NCBI GenBank assembly: GCA_019313915.1 | Contig: JAFDAJ010000001.1 | Location: 33,369-97,368, forward strand | From: Deltaproteobacteria bacterium | GTDB lineage: Bacteria > Myxococcota_A > Polyangia > Polyangiales > Houyiibacteriaceae | Reading direction: 5' to 3' | Length of the DNA: 64,000 nt | Shown: positions 1-10,023 of the stretch, piece after piece | Position numbering within the stretch: the first letter of the stretch is position 1 | How the letters are laid out: every line of letters starts with the position of its first letter | Made by a program: the position numbers and the translations under genes | The notes under the pieces: generated by a model | The model's database searches: none | What the model was told of the DNA's origin: nothing | What the model saw: the letters and a program-made list of their open reading frames with translations, nothing else

Positions 1-902
1 CGCAGGCCGCGAAAGACCACCCACCCGAAGGCCGCACAGAGGAGTACGACTCCGATGAAGCCAAGCTCCTCGCCGATGATCGCGCTGATGAAGTCCGTGT
101 GCGCCTCCGGCAAGAACAGCAGCTTCTGGCGGCCATCACCTAGCCCGACGCCGGTCCAGCCGCCCGAACCGAAGCTCATCAGCGACTCGGTAATCTGGTA
201 GCCGGCGCCCTGCCTATGTTCGAACGGCTCGAGAAATGCCTTGATACGGCGCATTCGATAAGGGGAAGAAGCGATGGCGGCATAGCCGATCGGAACGGCC
301 AGTAGCACGCAACCGAGCAAGTAACCCGCCTTCGCGCCTGCCGCGAACAGCACGACGAACGTCAGGACTGCGATCATCACGGCGCTACCGAAGTCGGGCT
401 GCGCGAGACACAGGAGCATCAACAGACCCGCAACGAGCACGTGGGGCAGGAACCCGATCGAAAATGTTCGCATCCGATCGGACTTCTTCGCTAAGGAATG
501 CGCGAGCCACATGATCATGGCGAGCTTGGCGAGCTCAGCTGGCTGCACGTTGACGGGGCCCACGGCCAGCCAGCGAGTGGCACCACCGGCGCTGCGGCCG
601 AATCCAAGCGCCACGGCGATCATCAGCAACACGGCCACCAACAACACGGGATAGGTCGAGCGCCGGAGCAAGCCGATGTCGACGCGCGTGAAGATGATGA
701 GGACGACGAACGCGGCGACTGCAAATACCGTCTGGCGGATCAAGAAGTGGAATCCATTGCCGAACATGTTGTTCGCGTAGACGGCGCTCGCGCTGTAAAC
801 CATCACCACACCGAATGCGATCAATCCAACGAGCGTGGCTGCGAGCGTGACGTCAGGCGGGCCTGGTTCCATCGGGGGTGCGGGTTTCGAGGCGCGGCTC
901 AT
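1..902 (-). CDS. ftsW: Cell division/peptidoglycan polymerase FtsW (SEDS family), partial; the C-terminus runs off the left edge
   Basis: Absent from the ORF track because it has no stop inside the window. Reverse-strand translation from ATG (complement of 900-902) reads MSRASKPAPPMEPGPPDVTLAATLVGLIAFGVVMVYSAS...GPVNVQPAELAKLAMIMWLAHSLAKK...QPDFGSAVMIAV...GGWTGVGLGDGRQKLLFLPEAHTDFI. This is a multi-TM FtsW/RodA pattern with no stops. It shares a 4-nt ATGA overlap with the murD stop and sits in the canonical dcw position after murD. Confidence 0.85.
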   Translation of the reverse strand, partial: MSRASKPAPPMEPGPPDVTLAATLVGLIAFGVVMVYSASAVYANNMFGNGFHFLIRQTVFAVAAFVVLIIFTRVDIGLLRRSTYPVLLVAVLLMIAVALGFGRSAGGATRWLAVGPVNVQPAELAKLAMIMWLAHSLAKKSDRMRTFSIGFLPHVLVAGLLMLLCLAQPDFGSAVMIAVLTFVVLFAAGAKAGYLLGCVLLAVPIGYAAIASSPYRMRRIKAFLEPFEHRQGAGYQITESLMSFGSGGWTGVGLGDGRQKLLFLPEAHTDFISAIIGEELGFIGVVLLCAAFGWVVFRGL

Positions 903-2257
903 GCTTGCTCTCCCAGGGTTTCAACGGCTCGTTGGAAGTGGTCGCCCCGCTGGGCGTAGGATCGGAACATGTCAAAGCTCGAGCAGGCCGGCGCGAGAAG
1001 CACGGTGTCTCCCGGGCGAGCCAGCGACGCCGCGTGCGTGACCGCATCACTCATCGAGGTCGCGCGCCGGATCTCGACAGGAGAGTCTGCGAACGCGCGT
1101 TCCAGGAGCGAGGCGGCCTCTCCGAGGACCACGACCGCCCGTCCCTCCTCGGACATGCGCTGCCGAAGCGGTTGGTAGCTTCCTCCTTTGTCGACGCCGC
1201 CCGCGATCAGCACGATCTTTCCCTTCGACCCTGCCAGACCGTCGATCGATGCAACCGCGGCGCCCACGTTGGTGGCCTTGGAATCGTCGATGTACTCGAC
1301 GCCGTCGACCGAGCGGACGTACTGGCTGCGGTGGGCGAGACCCTTGAAGTCGCGGAGAACCGAGGCGATGTCGTCGTCGCGGACGCCTATCAACCGCGCC
1401 GCAAGCACAGCCGCGCACGCGTTCGACACGTTGTGCGAACCACGAATTCTCAGCTGCTCGACGGGAACGCGAATGGAGCTTCGCGTATCGGTGAGCACAC
1501 CGTCGACGACGCGAACGTCACCGGATCGACCGTCGAACAAGACCACGGTGCCGGCGTCATCGATGAGCTCGCGAAGGTCAGGCGCATCCGCCGGAAGCAC
1601 CGCGAAATCTCCTGCGTCCTGTCGCTCGAAAATTCGGGCCTTGGCAGCTGCATACGCATCGAACGAAGGATAGCGGTCGAGATGATCGGGCGTGATGTTG
1701 AGCAAGACCGCGACGTGCACCTTCATCTGCGACACCCTCTCGAGTTGGAAGCTCGAGAGCTCGACGATGACGAGGCCGCCCTTGCCCCCGGCGTCCGTGC
1801 CGGCCGCTTCGATCATCGGGCGACCCAAGTTGCCACCGATGAATTGGGGACGTTCGAGACAGCGGCTCATCTCGCCGATCAACGTGGTGACCGTGCTCTT
1901 GCCGTTCGTTCCAGTGATCGCGACGATCGGCGCCTCGATGAACCGCGCGGCGAGCTCAACCTCGCTCACAACGGGCACGCCGCGCTCCTCGGCTCGATCG
2001 AGTTCGGCAAGCGCAGGCACGCCCGGCGATACGACGATGAGGTCCAACTCCTCGAACGCACTTGCCGGATGCCCGCCGAGCACTAGTTCTGCGCCGAGAC
2101 CCTCGGCTTCGGCTGCGGCAGCGCCGAGCCCTTTCCGGTCGCGTTGGTCGTTGACCCTGACGCGCGCGCCGCGCTCCGCCAGAAAACGCACGACGGCCAA
2201 CCCACTCTCCCCGAGCCCGACCACCATCGTGTTTTTCCCGGAGAGCTCCACGGTCAC
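899..2257 (-). CDS. murD: UDP-N-acetylmuramoylalanine--D-glutamate ligase
   Basis: 452-aa ORF with an N-terminal Rossmann motif VVGLGESG and the Mur ligase P-loop ITGTNGKST. It lies between mraY and ftsW in dcw order and overlaps the mraY stop. Confidence 0.95.
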   Translation of the reverse strand: MTVELSGKNTMVVGLGESGLAVVRFLAERGARVRVNDQRDRKGLGAAAAEAEGLGAELVLGGHPASAFEELDLIVVSPGVPALAELDRAEERGVPVVSEVELAARFIEAPIVAITGTNGKSTVTTLIGEMSRCLERPQFIGGNLGRPMIEAAGTDAGGKGGLVIVELSSFQLERVSQMKVHVAVLLNITPDHLDRYPSFDAYAAAKARIFERQDAGDFAVLPADAPDLRELIDDAGTVVLFDGRSGDVRVVDGVLTDTRSSIRVPVEQLRIRGSHNVSNACAAVLAARLIGVRDDDIASVLRDFKGLAHRSQYVRSVDGVEYIDDSKATNVGAAVASIDGLAGSKGKIVLIAGGVDKGGSYQPLRQRMSEEGRAVVVLGEAASLLERAFADSPVEIRRATSMSDAVTHAASLARPGDTVLLAPACSSFDMFRSYAQRGDHFQRAVETLGEQA

Positions 2258-3381
2258 CTCAACTTCAACGTCGCTAGACTGAACACGGCCAACATGATCG
2301 CGATGATCCAGAAGCGAACGATGACCCGCGGTTCGGGCCAGCCCTTCTTCTCGAAGTGGTGATGGATGGGCGCCATCAGGAAGATGCGCCTACCCGTGAG
2401 TCGGAAGTAGCCGACCTGCAGCATCACGCTCACCGCCTCGACGACGAAGATGCCACCGAGAATCATCGAAAGGAGCTCGTTCTTGGTAAGAACCGCGAGG
2501 GCGCCGAGGCCCCCACCAAGAGCGAGCGAGCCGACGTCGCCCATGAAGACCTGGGCGGGATAGGTATTGTACCAAAGGAAGCCGAACCCTACGCCAACCA
2601 CCGACGCGGCGAAGATGCTGAGCTCGCCAGCGCTCTCGATGTGAGGGATGTCGAGGTACCCAGCGACGACGTTGCCGAACAACGTCAGGCCCGCGAGGTA
2701 CGCGAGGATGGCGTACGTGCCTGCCGAAATCATGACGGGGCCGATCGCCAAGCCGTCGAGTCCGTCTGTGAGATTCACCGCATTGGACGTGCCGACGATG
2801 ACGAACGACGAAAAGATGACGTAGAGCCACGGTGGCAACTCGATCGGGTACTTGGAAAACGCGAAGAACGGGGCCGCAAGTCGGTGACGGATCTCGAGCC
2901 AATCGCTCGGAAGGCCAGTCTCGCCGTAATAGAGCCAGCTGCACACGAGGAGCGCGGTGCTGAACTGCAGAAGAAGCTTGTACCGGCCCGAGAGACCGCC
3001 GGTCGAACGCGTCCGGATCTTGGACGTATCGTCGATGTAGCCGACGACCCCGTACGCCACCGTGATCAGCGTCACGACCCACACCATCGCGTTGGAGGGG
3101 TCAGCCCAGAGCACCGTGGAGAGGACCAGCGCGAGCAGCATCAGAGCGCCGCCCATCGTCGGCGTGCCAGCCTTGGCAAGGTGTGTTTCCGGTCCTTCCG
3201 CACGAATGACCTGCCCGATCTGCTTCCGCTGCAGGCGACGAATGAACCAGGGATAGAGCCCGAAGCTCAGCAGGAGCGACGTCATCGTCGCCATCAGGAA
3301 ACGGAACGGCACGTATCGAAGGACGTTGAGAAACGACAGAGATTCGTGCGTGTGCAGGGGATAGAGCAAGTAGTAGATCAT
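2254..3381 (-). CDS. mraY: Phospho-N-acetylmuramoyl-pentapeptide transferase
   Basis: Polytopic membrane protein with the NAVNLTDGLDGLA motif. The ORF-track start at 3513 is trimmed to MIYYLLYPLH at 3381. That start gives an ATGA overlap with the murF stop (3378) and matches the usual MraY N-terminus. Confidence 0.93.
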   Translation of the reverse strand: MIYYLLYPLHTHESLSFLNVLRYVPFRFLMATMTSLLLSFGLYPWFIRRLQRKQIGQVIRAEGPETHLAKAGTPTMGGALMLLALVLSTVLWADPSNAMVWVVTLITVAYGVVGYIDDTSKIRTRSTGGLSGRYKLLLQFSTALLVCSWLYYGETGLPSDWLEIRHRLAAPFFAFSKYPIELPPWLYVIFSSFVIVGTSNAVNLTDGLDGLAIGPVMISAGTYAILAYLAGLTLFGNVVAGYLDIPHIESAGELSIFAASVVGVGFGFLWYNTYPAQVFMGDVGSLALGGGLGALAVLTKNELLSMILGGIFVVEAVSVMLQVGYFRLTGRRIFLMAPIHHHFEKKGWPEPRVIVRFWIIAIMLAVFSLATLKLR

Positions 3382-4787
3382 CGTTGCTCTCCCTCGAGGA
3401 GCGGCGGGATCACGCGCTCCATTTCCATCGACCGCGATCCCTTCACCAAGACGACGGCGTTCAAGGGAAGCCGTCCGGATAGCCCTCCGCAGCCGCTCGC
3501 ATCTTCGAACCAAAGCGTGTCAACGCCACGAGCGTTCGCTGTCGCGACGGCATCGTGCATCGCTGCGCCACAGCCAACGAACAGAAACACGCCGGCGCCG
3601 GCCGCGAGCTCGCCAACCCGTCGGTGCGCCTCGTCGGTGTGGGCGCCGAGCTCCTTCATATCCCCGAGGATCGCGACCAGTGGCGCCTCGCGCTTTTCGG
3701 CGATGGCGCGGGCGGCGTTCAACGCGACCTCGAGGGATGCGGGGTTGGCGTTGTAAGCATCGTCGATGATGAGGCGCCCGCCGCTCCCGGCCATGGGCCG
3801 CATGCGCCCAGGTGAAGGTGCGACCCCCGCAATTCCGCGAGCGGCGTCCGCGAGCGAGGAGTCCAATCCGAATGCAATTGCAAGAGCGCCGGCCGCGTTG
3901 AGGACCGCACCCTCCCCCAACAGCCTCATCGCGATCTCGACTTCCTGACCACGGACTTGGAATCGGGCCTGAGTGCCGTCCGCGTCCACGTCCCAATCGA
4001 TGACGCGCACGTCGCTCTCCGCCGCGCACCCATAGAAGAGCTTGCGCTTGGCGCGAACCACGGACGCGCGCTTCTTCAGCGGCGCATCGTCACCATAGGC
4101 CACCACAACGCCGTCGTGCGCAATCGCGTTCAGGAGCGAAATTTTCTCATCGGCCACGGCTTCCACCGAACCGAGCCCCTCGGTGTGCGACAGGGTGGCG
4201 CGCGTAACGATGCCCACGTCCGGTGCTGCGATCTCGGTCAAACGCGCTATCTCTCCAGGCTCGCTGGTTCCCATCTCGATGACGGCCGTGTCGACTGTCG
4301 CGTCGAGCTCGAAGAGTGTCATTGGAACGCCGATCCGGTTGTTGAGGTTACCGGTCGTCTTGAGCACTCGGTGACCCGCTGATTGCAATGCGGCTGCCGT
4401 GAGATCTTTCGTCGTCGTCTTGCCAACGGAGCCGGTGATGCCGACCACCTTGCCGTTCCAGGCGTCGCGGTGAGCCCTCGCGAGGTCACCGAGCGCGACT
4501 AACGTGTCGTCCACCTCCACGGCGCTCACGTAGTCGGGAAGCGAAGTTCCGCGCTCTACGATCACCGCGGTAGCACCCGCATCCGCTGCCTGCGTGGCGA
4601 ACTCATGCGCATCGAAGCGCTCGCCGCGCAGTGCCACGAACAGATTGCCTTGCTGGATGGCGCGGGAATCCGTCACGACGCCGCGAACGCTTTCCCATGT
4701 CGGCCCTGTGGCGCTGCCCCGAGTGGCCGCGATGACGTCACCTCGATGGAACTGCGCTTGATTGCTCGGAATTGGAGTCGCCATCAT
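3378..4787 (-). CDS. murF: UDP-N-acetylmuramoyl-tripeptide--D-alanyl-D-alanine ligase
   Basis: 469 aa with the Mur ligase P-loop GITGSVGKTTTK. It lies in dcw order between murE and mraY with overlapping junctions on both sides. Confidence 0.92.
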   Translation of the reverse strand: MMATPIPSNQAQFHRGDVIAATRGSATGPTWESVRGVVTDSRAIQQGNLFVALRGERFDAHEFATQAADAGATAVIVERGTSLPDYVSAVEVDDTLVALGDLARAHRDAWNGKVVGITGSVGKTTTKDLTAAALQSAGHRVLKTTGNLNNRIGVPMTLFELDATVDTAVIEMGTSEPGEIARLTEIAAPDVGIVTRATLSHTEGLGSVEAVADEKISLLNAIAHDGVVVAYGDDAPLKKRASVVRAKRKLFYGCAAESDVRVIDWDVDADGTQARFQVRGQEVEIAMRLLGEGAVLNAAGALAIAFGLDSSLADAARGIAGVAPSPGRMRPMAGSGGRLIIDDAYNANPASLEVALNAARAIAEKREAPLVAILGDMKELGAHTDEAHRRVGELAAGAGVFLFVGCGAAMHDAVATANARGVDTLWFEDASGCGGLSGRLPLNAVVLVKGSRSMEMERVIPPLLEGEQR

Positions 4788-6310
4788 GCGCCTCCCGCTA
4801 CGTTCGCGATCGCCGCACGCGCTTCTTGGCGGTCGTCGAAGTGCATCCGCTCGCTCCCGATGATTTGGTAGGTTTCGTGTCCTTTGCCCGCCAGGAGCAC
4901 GGTGTCTCCGGCGCCCGCCGCGCGAATGGCAGCGGCGATGGCCGCCTTGCGATCCAGCAGTGTGCAGTAACCATGGGACGCGCCAGCGAGCTCGCTGGCT
5001 CCGATCCGCGTGCCACCTGCTTGCTTGGCGCCGGATTCGACTTCGTCGAGGATGCGCTGCGGATCTTCGCTACGGGGATTGTCGCTCGTCAGCACGCAGA
5101 GGTCGGCGTTTTGCACGCCCACGCGACCCATCTGGGGGCGCTTCCCCTTATCGCGGTCACCTCCCGCCCCAAAGACGACGATGAGCCGGTTCGGCGTCAC
5201 GGCGCGCATCGTGTCGAGCACCCTTGCGAGCGCGTCAGGGGTGTGCGCGTAGTCCACGAGCACGGCTACATCGTGAGGATGCGTGATCCGCTCGAGCCGT
5301 CCGGGGCTTCCGCTCGCCGACTCCCAAGCCGCTGCAACCGCATTCAAATCTAGATCGAGCGCGTACGCGCAACCGAGTGCAACGAGGAGGTTCTCGAGGT
5401 TGTGCTCGCCGAGCATCGGGCTGCGTAGCTCGACGACGCCCGTCGGCGTTTGGACCTGGGCATGAATCCCGGCGCGAGTGACGGACCATTGGGCGGCCAC
5501 GATCTCGGCGTCGCTTCCAGAACGGCGAGAGCACCGGATGACCGGAACGGGCGCACGGGACGCGAGCTCGGCTCCGAATGGGTCATCGACGTGGATGACG
5601 GCGCGTTTGGGCGCGAGGTCGGTGAAGAGGCGCGCCTTGGCCTCGCCGTAGCGCTCCATGGTCTGGTGAAAATCCAGATGATCGCGGGAAAGGTTGGTGA
5701 ACGCGACGACCTCGAAATCGAGCGCATCGACGCGATGCATCGCGAGGCCATGGCTCGACACCTCGAGCACGAGATGCGTCGCCCCGTCATCGAGCGCTTG
5801 CCGCGCGAAACGCGAGATGTCGTCGCCTTCCGGCGTAGTGTGGAGCGACGGGCGCTGCGCGCCGGCGGCCACGAGACCCGTCGTCCCCACGAGCGCGGGC
5901 TTCGCGGACACACCCTCGATCGCCTCCTTCAAGAGATACGCGGTCGTCGTCTTACCATTGGTACCCGTGATTCCGACGGTGTGCAGAGCGCTCGTCGGCG
6001 CCCCGTAGACCAGCTCCGCCGCCCGCCCAAGGCCCACGCGCGCGTCCGGCACGGTAATTTGCGGAACGTCATAGGCCAGCTGCTGCTCGGCCATGACGGC
6101 GACCGCTCCTCGCGCTAGCGCATCGTCGACGAAACTAACCCCGTCGTGTGTCTCTCCCGGAACGGCAACGAACAAGTCTCCGGCGGTCACCTCACGAGAG
6201 TCGTGCTGCACACCGCGCACGGCTTGCGTCGCCAAACCGATGATCTGGCCCCCGATCCCGCTGCTCTGCAGTTGGGCGAGTGTCATACCTTGACTCGGTT
6301 CACGGGGCAT
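4784..6310 (-). CDS. murE: UDP-N-acetylmuramoyl-L-alanyl-D-glutamate--2,6-diaminopimelate ligase
   Basis: 508 aa with the P-loop GITGTNGKTTT and a DNPR motif (LTSDNPRSEDP), which is typical of meso-DAP-adding MurE. The start may instead be the internal MTLAQLQ at 6286. Confidence 0.93.
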   Translation of the reverse strand: MPREPSQGMTLAQLQSSGIGGQIIGLATQAVRGVQHDSREVTAGDLFVAVPGETHDGVSFVDDALARGAVAVMAEQQLAYDVPQITVPDARVGLGRAAELVYGAPTSALHTVGITGTNGKTTTAYLLKEAIEGVSAKPALVGTTGLVAAGAQRPSLHTTPEGDDISRFARQALDDGATHLVLEVSSHGLAMHRVDALDFEVVAFTNLSRDHLDFHQTMERYGEAKARLFTDLAPKRAVIHVDDPFGAELASRAPVPVIRCSRRSGSDAEIVAAQWSVTRAGIHAQVQTPTGVVELRSPMLGEHNLENLLVALGCAYALDLDLNAVAAAWESASGSPGRLERITHPHDVAVLVDYAHTPDALARVLDTMRAVTPNRLIVVFGAGGDRDKGKRPQMGRVGVQNADLCVLTSDNPRSEDPQRILDEVESGAKQAGGTRIGASELAGASHGYCTLLDRKAAIAAAIRAAGAGDTVLLAGKGHETYQIIGSERMHFDDRQEARAAIANVAGGA

Positions 6311-8354
6311 GCGGCCTCCGCGATACCGCCGCTGTTAGCGCTCTAGTGCGCGACTGTGGGGGCGCAACATCGGCGTCGAAGCGCCGCCGCTCCAGCTGGA
6401 GTTGGACCACCGACCCGTGAGCCACCGCCTTGCCCGGTGCAGGGTGTTGGACGAGCACGACCCCGGATCCTTCGACCTCCGCGACCAACGACTCCGCGTG
6501 CAGAGCGATGACAGCTTGCCGCAACGGCAGCGAGCGCACATCCGGCACGGCGCTCTCGCCCTTCTCGACGGCTTCCTCCTCCGGAGCAGGCTCCGCTTCG
6601 GCCGGGGCGATCTGCCGTTCCTTCTTCTTCGCGAGAACCGCTTGCCTGCCTTCGGGCGCGATCCCCATGTGCCTCAGCGTGACTTCGGCAATGCGCCGAA
6701 ACACAGGACCTGCCACCGTCCCGCCGTAGTGCGCGATCACGGGCTCATCGATGACGACGGAAATCACCACGGACGGCCGGTCCGCGGGAGCGAACCCAAT
6801 GAAAGACGCTAGCCACTTGTCCTTGGCGTAGCCGCCGTGGACGTAGTCTGCCTTCTGCGCCGTGCCCGTCTTGCCTGCGACGAGATATCCGTCGATGGCG
6901 GCTTCTATCGCGGTACCACCGGGCTCGGTCACGGCGGTGAGCATTTGCCCCACGAGCTTGGCGACGCGCCGCGGAACGACCTGGCGCCGAACCCGTGGTT
7001 TGTTCTCCTCGACGGTGGCGCCGTGCCCGTCGGTCATGCGGCGCACCAGCATCGGTTGCATCAAGCGGCCCCCGTTGGCGATGGCGCTCATTGCCGTCGC
7101 CATCTGGACGTTCGTCACGCTCATACCCTGGCCAAAAGACACCGCCGCGGTATCGATCTCGTACCAACGCCGGTAGTGACGAAGGATGCCGGCGGTTTCA
7201 CCCGGCACACCGAGGCCAGTAGGCTCACCAAATCCGAAACGACGAAACCCTCGGTAAAGGTCCTTCTTGCCGAGAGCTTGCGCAATCTTCGCCGTCCCAA
7301 TGTTACTGGAGTAGGCAAGGATCTGGGTGGGGGTGAGCCACTCGTATGGATGAGCATCGTGAAGGAGGCGTCCCCCGATCCGCGTGACCCCGTTCTCGCA
7401 GTTGATCGACTGATTGGGCTTGACCGCACCCGCTGCCAGCGCCGCCGCCATGGTGAACGGCTTGACGGTCGAGCCTGGTTCAAAACGGTCGACGACCGCG
7501 CGATTACGCCGGTGCGCGGTGGGATGTTTGGACGGTTCGTTCGGATTGAACGGCGGGTAGTTCGCCAGTGCGAGGATCTCTCCGGTCGACGGGTCCATCA
7601 CCACGACGCTTCCCCCACGCGCCTCGAACGTCCGCACCCCCAGCGCGAGCTCTCGCTCCGCGATATGCTGAATCGCCTTGTCGATCGTGAGTACGACGCT
7701 TTGACCTTGGATCGTCCTGTCGTCTTCCATCTTGTCCGCAAAGACGACATGGCCGCGCCGATCACGAATCGCCTCGACGCGTCGGTCTGCCCCGCGAAGC
7801 CGGTCCTCGTACGCAAGCTCGATTCCCTCGATGCCTCTTCCGTCGATGTCAGCGAATCCTACGAGATGCGCCGCCAGATGACGATTCGGATAGTAGCGGC
7901 GCGCTTCGGTCGTCAGCTCGACGCCGGGGATGTCGAGTTCGCGAATGCGCGTGGCTTCGTGCGGTGTCACCCGACGCTCGATCCAAACGAAGTAGCGATC
8001 GGACCCCAGGCGCTTTGCCAACCGCCGCGGGTCGACATCGAGAATTTTCGCGATGCGCTTCGCCACCAGTGTCGGGTCCTGCTCCATCGCCTCGAGGCGG
8101 CGGGGATTGGCGTAAACGCTGTCGACGTCCACGCTCACCGCAAGCTCAGCCCCGTGCCGGTCGTAGATTGCGCCACGCCGAGGAGAGACCCGAAGGTGCC
8201 GGATGTGCTGATCTTCGGCCATTTCACGCAGACGATCGCCGCTCGAGATCTGGACGTGAAACGCGCGAACGACGACCAGCATCGCAACGCACATCACGCA
8301 CGCGCCGAGCAGCGCGATCCGCGCCCGAAACCATCGCTGTCGCCGGTTCTTCAC
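6300..8354 (-). CDS. ftsI: Penicillin-binding protein 3 (FtsI-type class B transpeptidase) with a C-terminal PASTA-like domain
   Basis: 684 aa with an N-terminal TM anchor. The transpeptidase motifs are SxxK (GSTVKP), SxN (YSSNIG) and KTG (GKTGTA). The GTG start overlaps the ftsL stop (GTGA). The C-terminal segment VPDVRSLPLRQAVIALHAESLVAEVEGSGVVLVQHPAPGKAVAHGSVVQLQL fits the PASTA consensus. Confidence 0.9.
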   Translation of the reverse strand: MKNRRQRWFRARIALLGACVMCVAMLVVVRAFHVQISSGDRLREMAEDQHIRHLRVSPRRGAIYDRHGAELAVSVDVDSVYANPRRLEAMEQDPTLVAKRIAKILDVDPRRLAKRLGSDRYFVWIERRVTPHEATRIRELDIPGVELTTEARRYYPNRHLAAHLVGFADIDGRGIEGIELAYEDRLRGADRRVEAIRDRRGHVVFADKMEDDRTIQGQSVVLTIDKAIQHIAERELALGVRTFEARGGSVVVMDPSTGEILALANYPPFNPNEPSKHPTAHRRNRAVVDRFEPGSTVKPFTMAAALAAGAVKPNQSINCENGVTRIGGRLLHDAHPYEWLTPTQILAYSSNIGTAKIAQALGKKDLYRGFRRFGFGEPTGLGVPGETAGILRHYRRWYEIDTAAVSFGQGMSVTNVQMATAMSAIANGGRLMQPMLVRRMTDGHGATVEENKPRVRRQVVPRRVAKLVGQMLTAVTEPGGTAIEAAIDGYLVAGKTGTAQKADYVHGGYAKDKWLASFIGFAPADRPSVVISVVIDEPVIAHYGGTVAGPVFRRIAEVTLRHMGIAPEGRQAVLAKKKERQIAPAEAEPAPEEEAVEKGESAVPDVRSLPLRQAVIALHAESLVAEVEGSGVVLVQHPAPGKAVAHGSVVQLQLERRRFDADVAPPQSRTRALTAAVSRRPHAP

Positions 8355-8656
8355 CGCACCCTCCCCGCGGCCGCGCGACTCTTCTTTTCCTTCATCGTCA
8401 CAATTCGGGTCGGCTTCGGCACTTCCATTTGGAGCGTTCCGCGCGCGATGGTCTCGATGCGACCGCTCTGCCGAAGCGTCGCTGCCTCGATCGACAGCAA
8501 GCGACGATCCTGAAGAAGCTCACGCTGTCGCCCGCGCTCATCGCTCACTTCATATCCGAGGCGAACAGTCTCGAACCGGATGGAGAGGTGAACAACGAAC
8601 GCTGCCGCTGTCGCGAAGACCGCAACGCACCACAGAGGCAGAAAGCGACCCTTCAT
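8351..8656 (-). CDS. ftsL: Cell division protein FtsL-like (single TM plus short coiled coil)
   Basis: 101 aa with one TM (LPLWCVAVFATAAAFVVHL) followed by a helical region. It sits between rsmH and ftsI and overlaps both neighbours. The assignment rests mainly on position and architecture. Confidence 0.6.
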   Translation of the reverse strand: MKGRFLPLWCVAVFATAAAFVVHLSIRFETVRLGYEVSDERGRQRELLQDRRLLSIEAATLRQSGRIETIARGTLQMEVPKPTRIVTMKEKKSRAAAGRVR

Positions 8657-9543
8657 GCGGCGACCTCCACGCGACGGGCCGCGCGAAGCTTGGCGCTACG
8701 CGACCTACGGTTGCGTTCTCGTTCTTCATCGGAGGCGATAATCGGACGCTTCGTCAGCGGCGAAAGATGCTCGCTGTCGCGGAACGTGTGCTTCACCATG
8801 CGGTCCTCGAGAGAGTGAAAGCTGATCACCGCGACGACGCCGCCGATTCGCAGTACGCTCGGCAGTTGTTCGAGCAATGACTCGAGCTCGGCAAGCTCTT
8901 CGTTCACCGCGATGCGAAGCCCTTGAAAGGTCTTGGTTGCGGGGTCGATGCGTCCGCGTCGGCCTCCAGTAGCCCGATGCACCGCGCGCCTTAGGTCGGC
9001 CGTCGTTTCGAGCTCGCCCTCTTCGTACGCCCGTCGCAGCGAGCGCGCGATCTTCCGCGAACGATGTTCCTCTCCATATCGATAAATCACGTTGGCCAGC
9101 TCTTCGGCGTCGCAACGGCCGATCAAGTCCAACGCGCTCTCCCCTTCGGTCGGATCCATGCGCATATCGATCGGCCCCTCTTTGGCGAGGGAAAAGCCGC
9201 GCTCTTGTTGATCGAGCTGGGCCGAGCTAACCCCGAGATCCGCCACGATTCCGTCGACGTGCTCGATGTCGAGCGAGGTGAGGACGTCCCGAAGGTCGCT
9301 GATGCGCGCTTTGCGAAGAGTCACGCGATCACCAAACTCCGCGAGTTCCGCCCCGGCAGCTTCGACCGCGCTAGGGTCGCGGTCGGTTCCGATCAAACGG
9401 CCGTCCGGTGCGCTACGCTGCAAGATCGCGCGCGCGTGCCCCCCACCACCGAGCGTGACGTCCGCATAGACGCCCCCAGCAACCGGTGCGAGCTGCTCGA
9501 GCACTTCGTCGAGGAGGACCGAGGTATGCTCGAACGCGCTCAC
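8653..9543 (-). CDS. rsmH: 16S rRNA (cytosine1402-N4)-methyltransferase
   Basis: 296 aa with the N-terminus HTSVLLDEV and the SAM motif DVTLGGGGHA. It follows mraZ with an overlapping junction. Confidence 0.95.
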   Translation of the reverse strand: MSAFEHTSVLLDEVLEQLAPVAGGVYADVTLGGGGHARAILQRSAPDGRLIGTDRDPSAVEAAGAELAEFGDRVTLRKARISDLRDVLTSLDIEHVDGIVADLGVSSAQLDQQERGFSLAKEGPIDMRMDPTEGESALDLIGRCDAEELANVIYRYGEEHRSRKIARSLRRAYEEGELETTADLRRAVHRATGGRRGRIDPATKTFQGLRIAVNEELAELESLLEQLPSVLRIGGVVAVISFHSLEDRMVKHTFRDSEHLSPLTKRPIIASDEERERNRRSRSAKLRAARRVEVAA

Positions 9544-9992
9544 AAGCCGAGCTCCGCCAGCCGTCTGGCGATCCCCAAACGGCGATCCTCGTCACTGAGT
9601 ACCTCCTTGCGAAGATCCTCGAATGTCCCTTTCGCCCAGAGCTCGATGTAGCTTCCCATTCCAGCCCAGAGCGCATCGCGCTTGAGGCCGGCGTGCTTGC
9701 GAAGCGCAGCGGGAATCAGAAGGCGACCCACCTTGTCCACCTCGCATTCGACGGCCCCGGAAACGTAGATGCGCTTGAGCGTCACCACGTCGGCGTCGAA
9801 CTGTGGAAGCTCGGAAAGGCGCTTCTCGAAGGCAAGCCACTCGGCCATCGGGTATGCCACAAGACAGGTGTCCAACCCGGTGGTGAGCACCAACTTCGAG
9901 TCGCCCTGCGCCGTCATCACCTCACGGAAGCGAGACGGCACGGAGGTGCGGCCCTTGGCATCGATGCTGTGCTCGTAGCGTCCTCGGAACAA
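9540..9992 (-). CDS. mraZ: Transcriptional regulator MraZ
   Basis: 150 aa with duplicated SpoVT/AbrB-like halves carrying the DxxGR motifs (SIDAKGRTSVP and VDKVGRLLIP). It is the first gene of the dcw cluster. Confidence 0.95.
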   Translation of the reverse strand: MFRGRYEHSIDAKGRTSVPSRFREVMTAQGDSKLVLTTGLDTCLVAYPMAEWLAFEKRLSELPQFDADVVTLKRIYVSGAVECEVDKVGRLLIPAALRKHAGLKRDALWAGMGSYIELWAKGTFEDLRKEVLSDEDRRLGIARRLAELGL

Positions 9993-10023
9993 CCTAACCC
10001 TCTCGTCCTAGCTAGCGGCTAAT

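Noticed and set aside
878-8513. Long plus-strand ORFs antisense to the dcw genes (878-2086, 2356-3756, 5450-6118, 6837-8513 and many shorter ones).
   Set aside because: Their products are low-complexity Arg/Ala/Pro/Gly-rich sequences with no recognisable motifs. They lie opposite genes with unmistakable Mur/PBP motifs. Stop-poor antisense frames are expected in GC-rich DNA.
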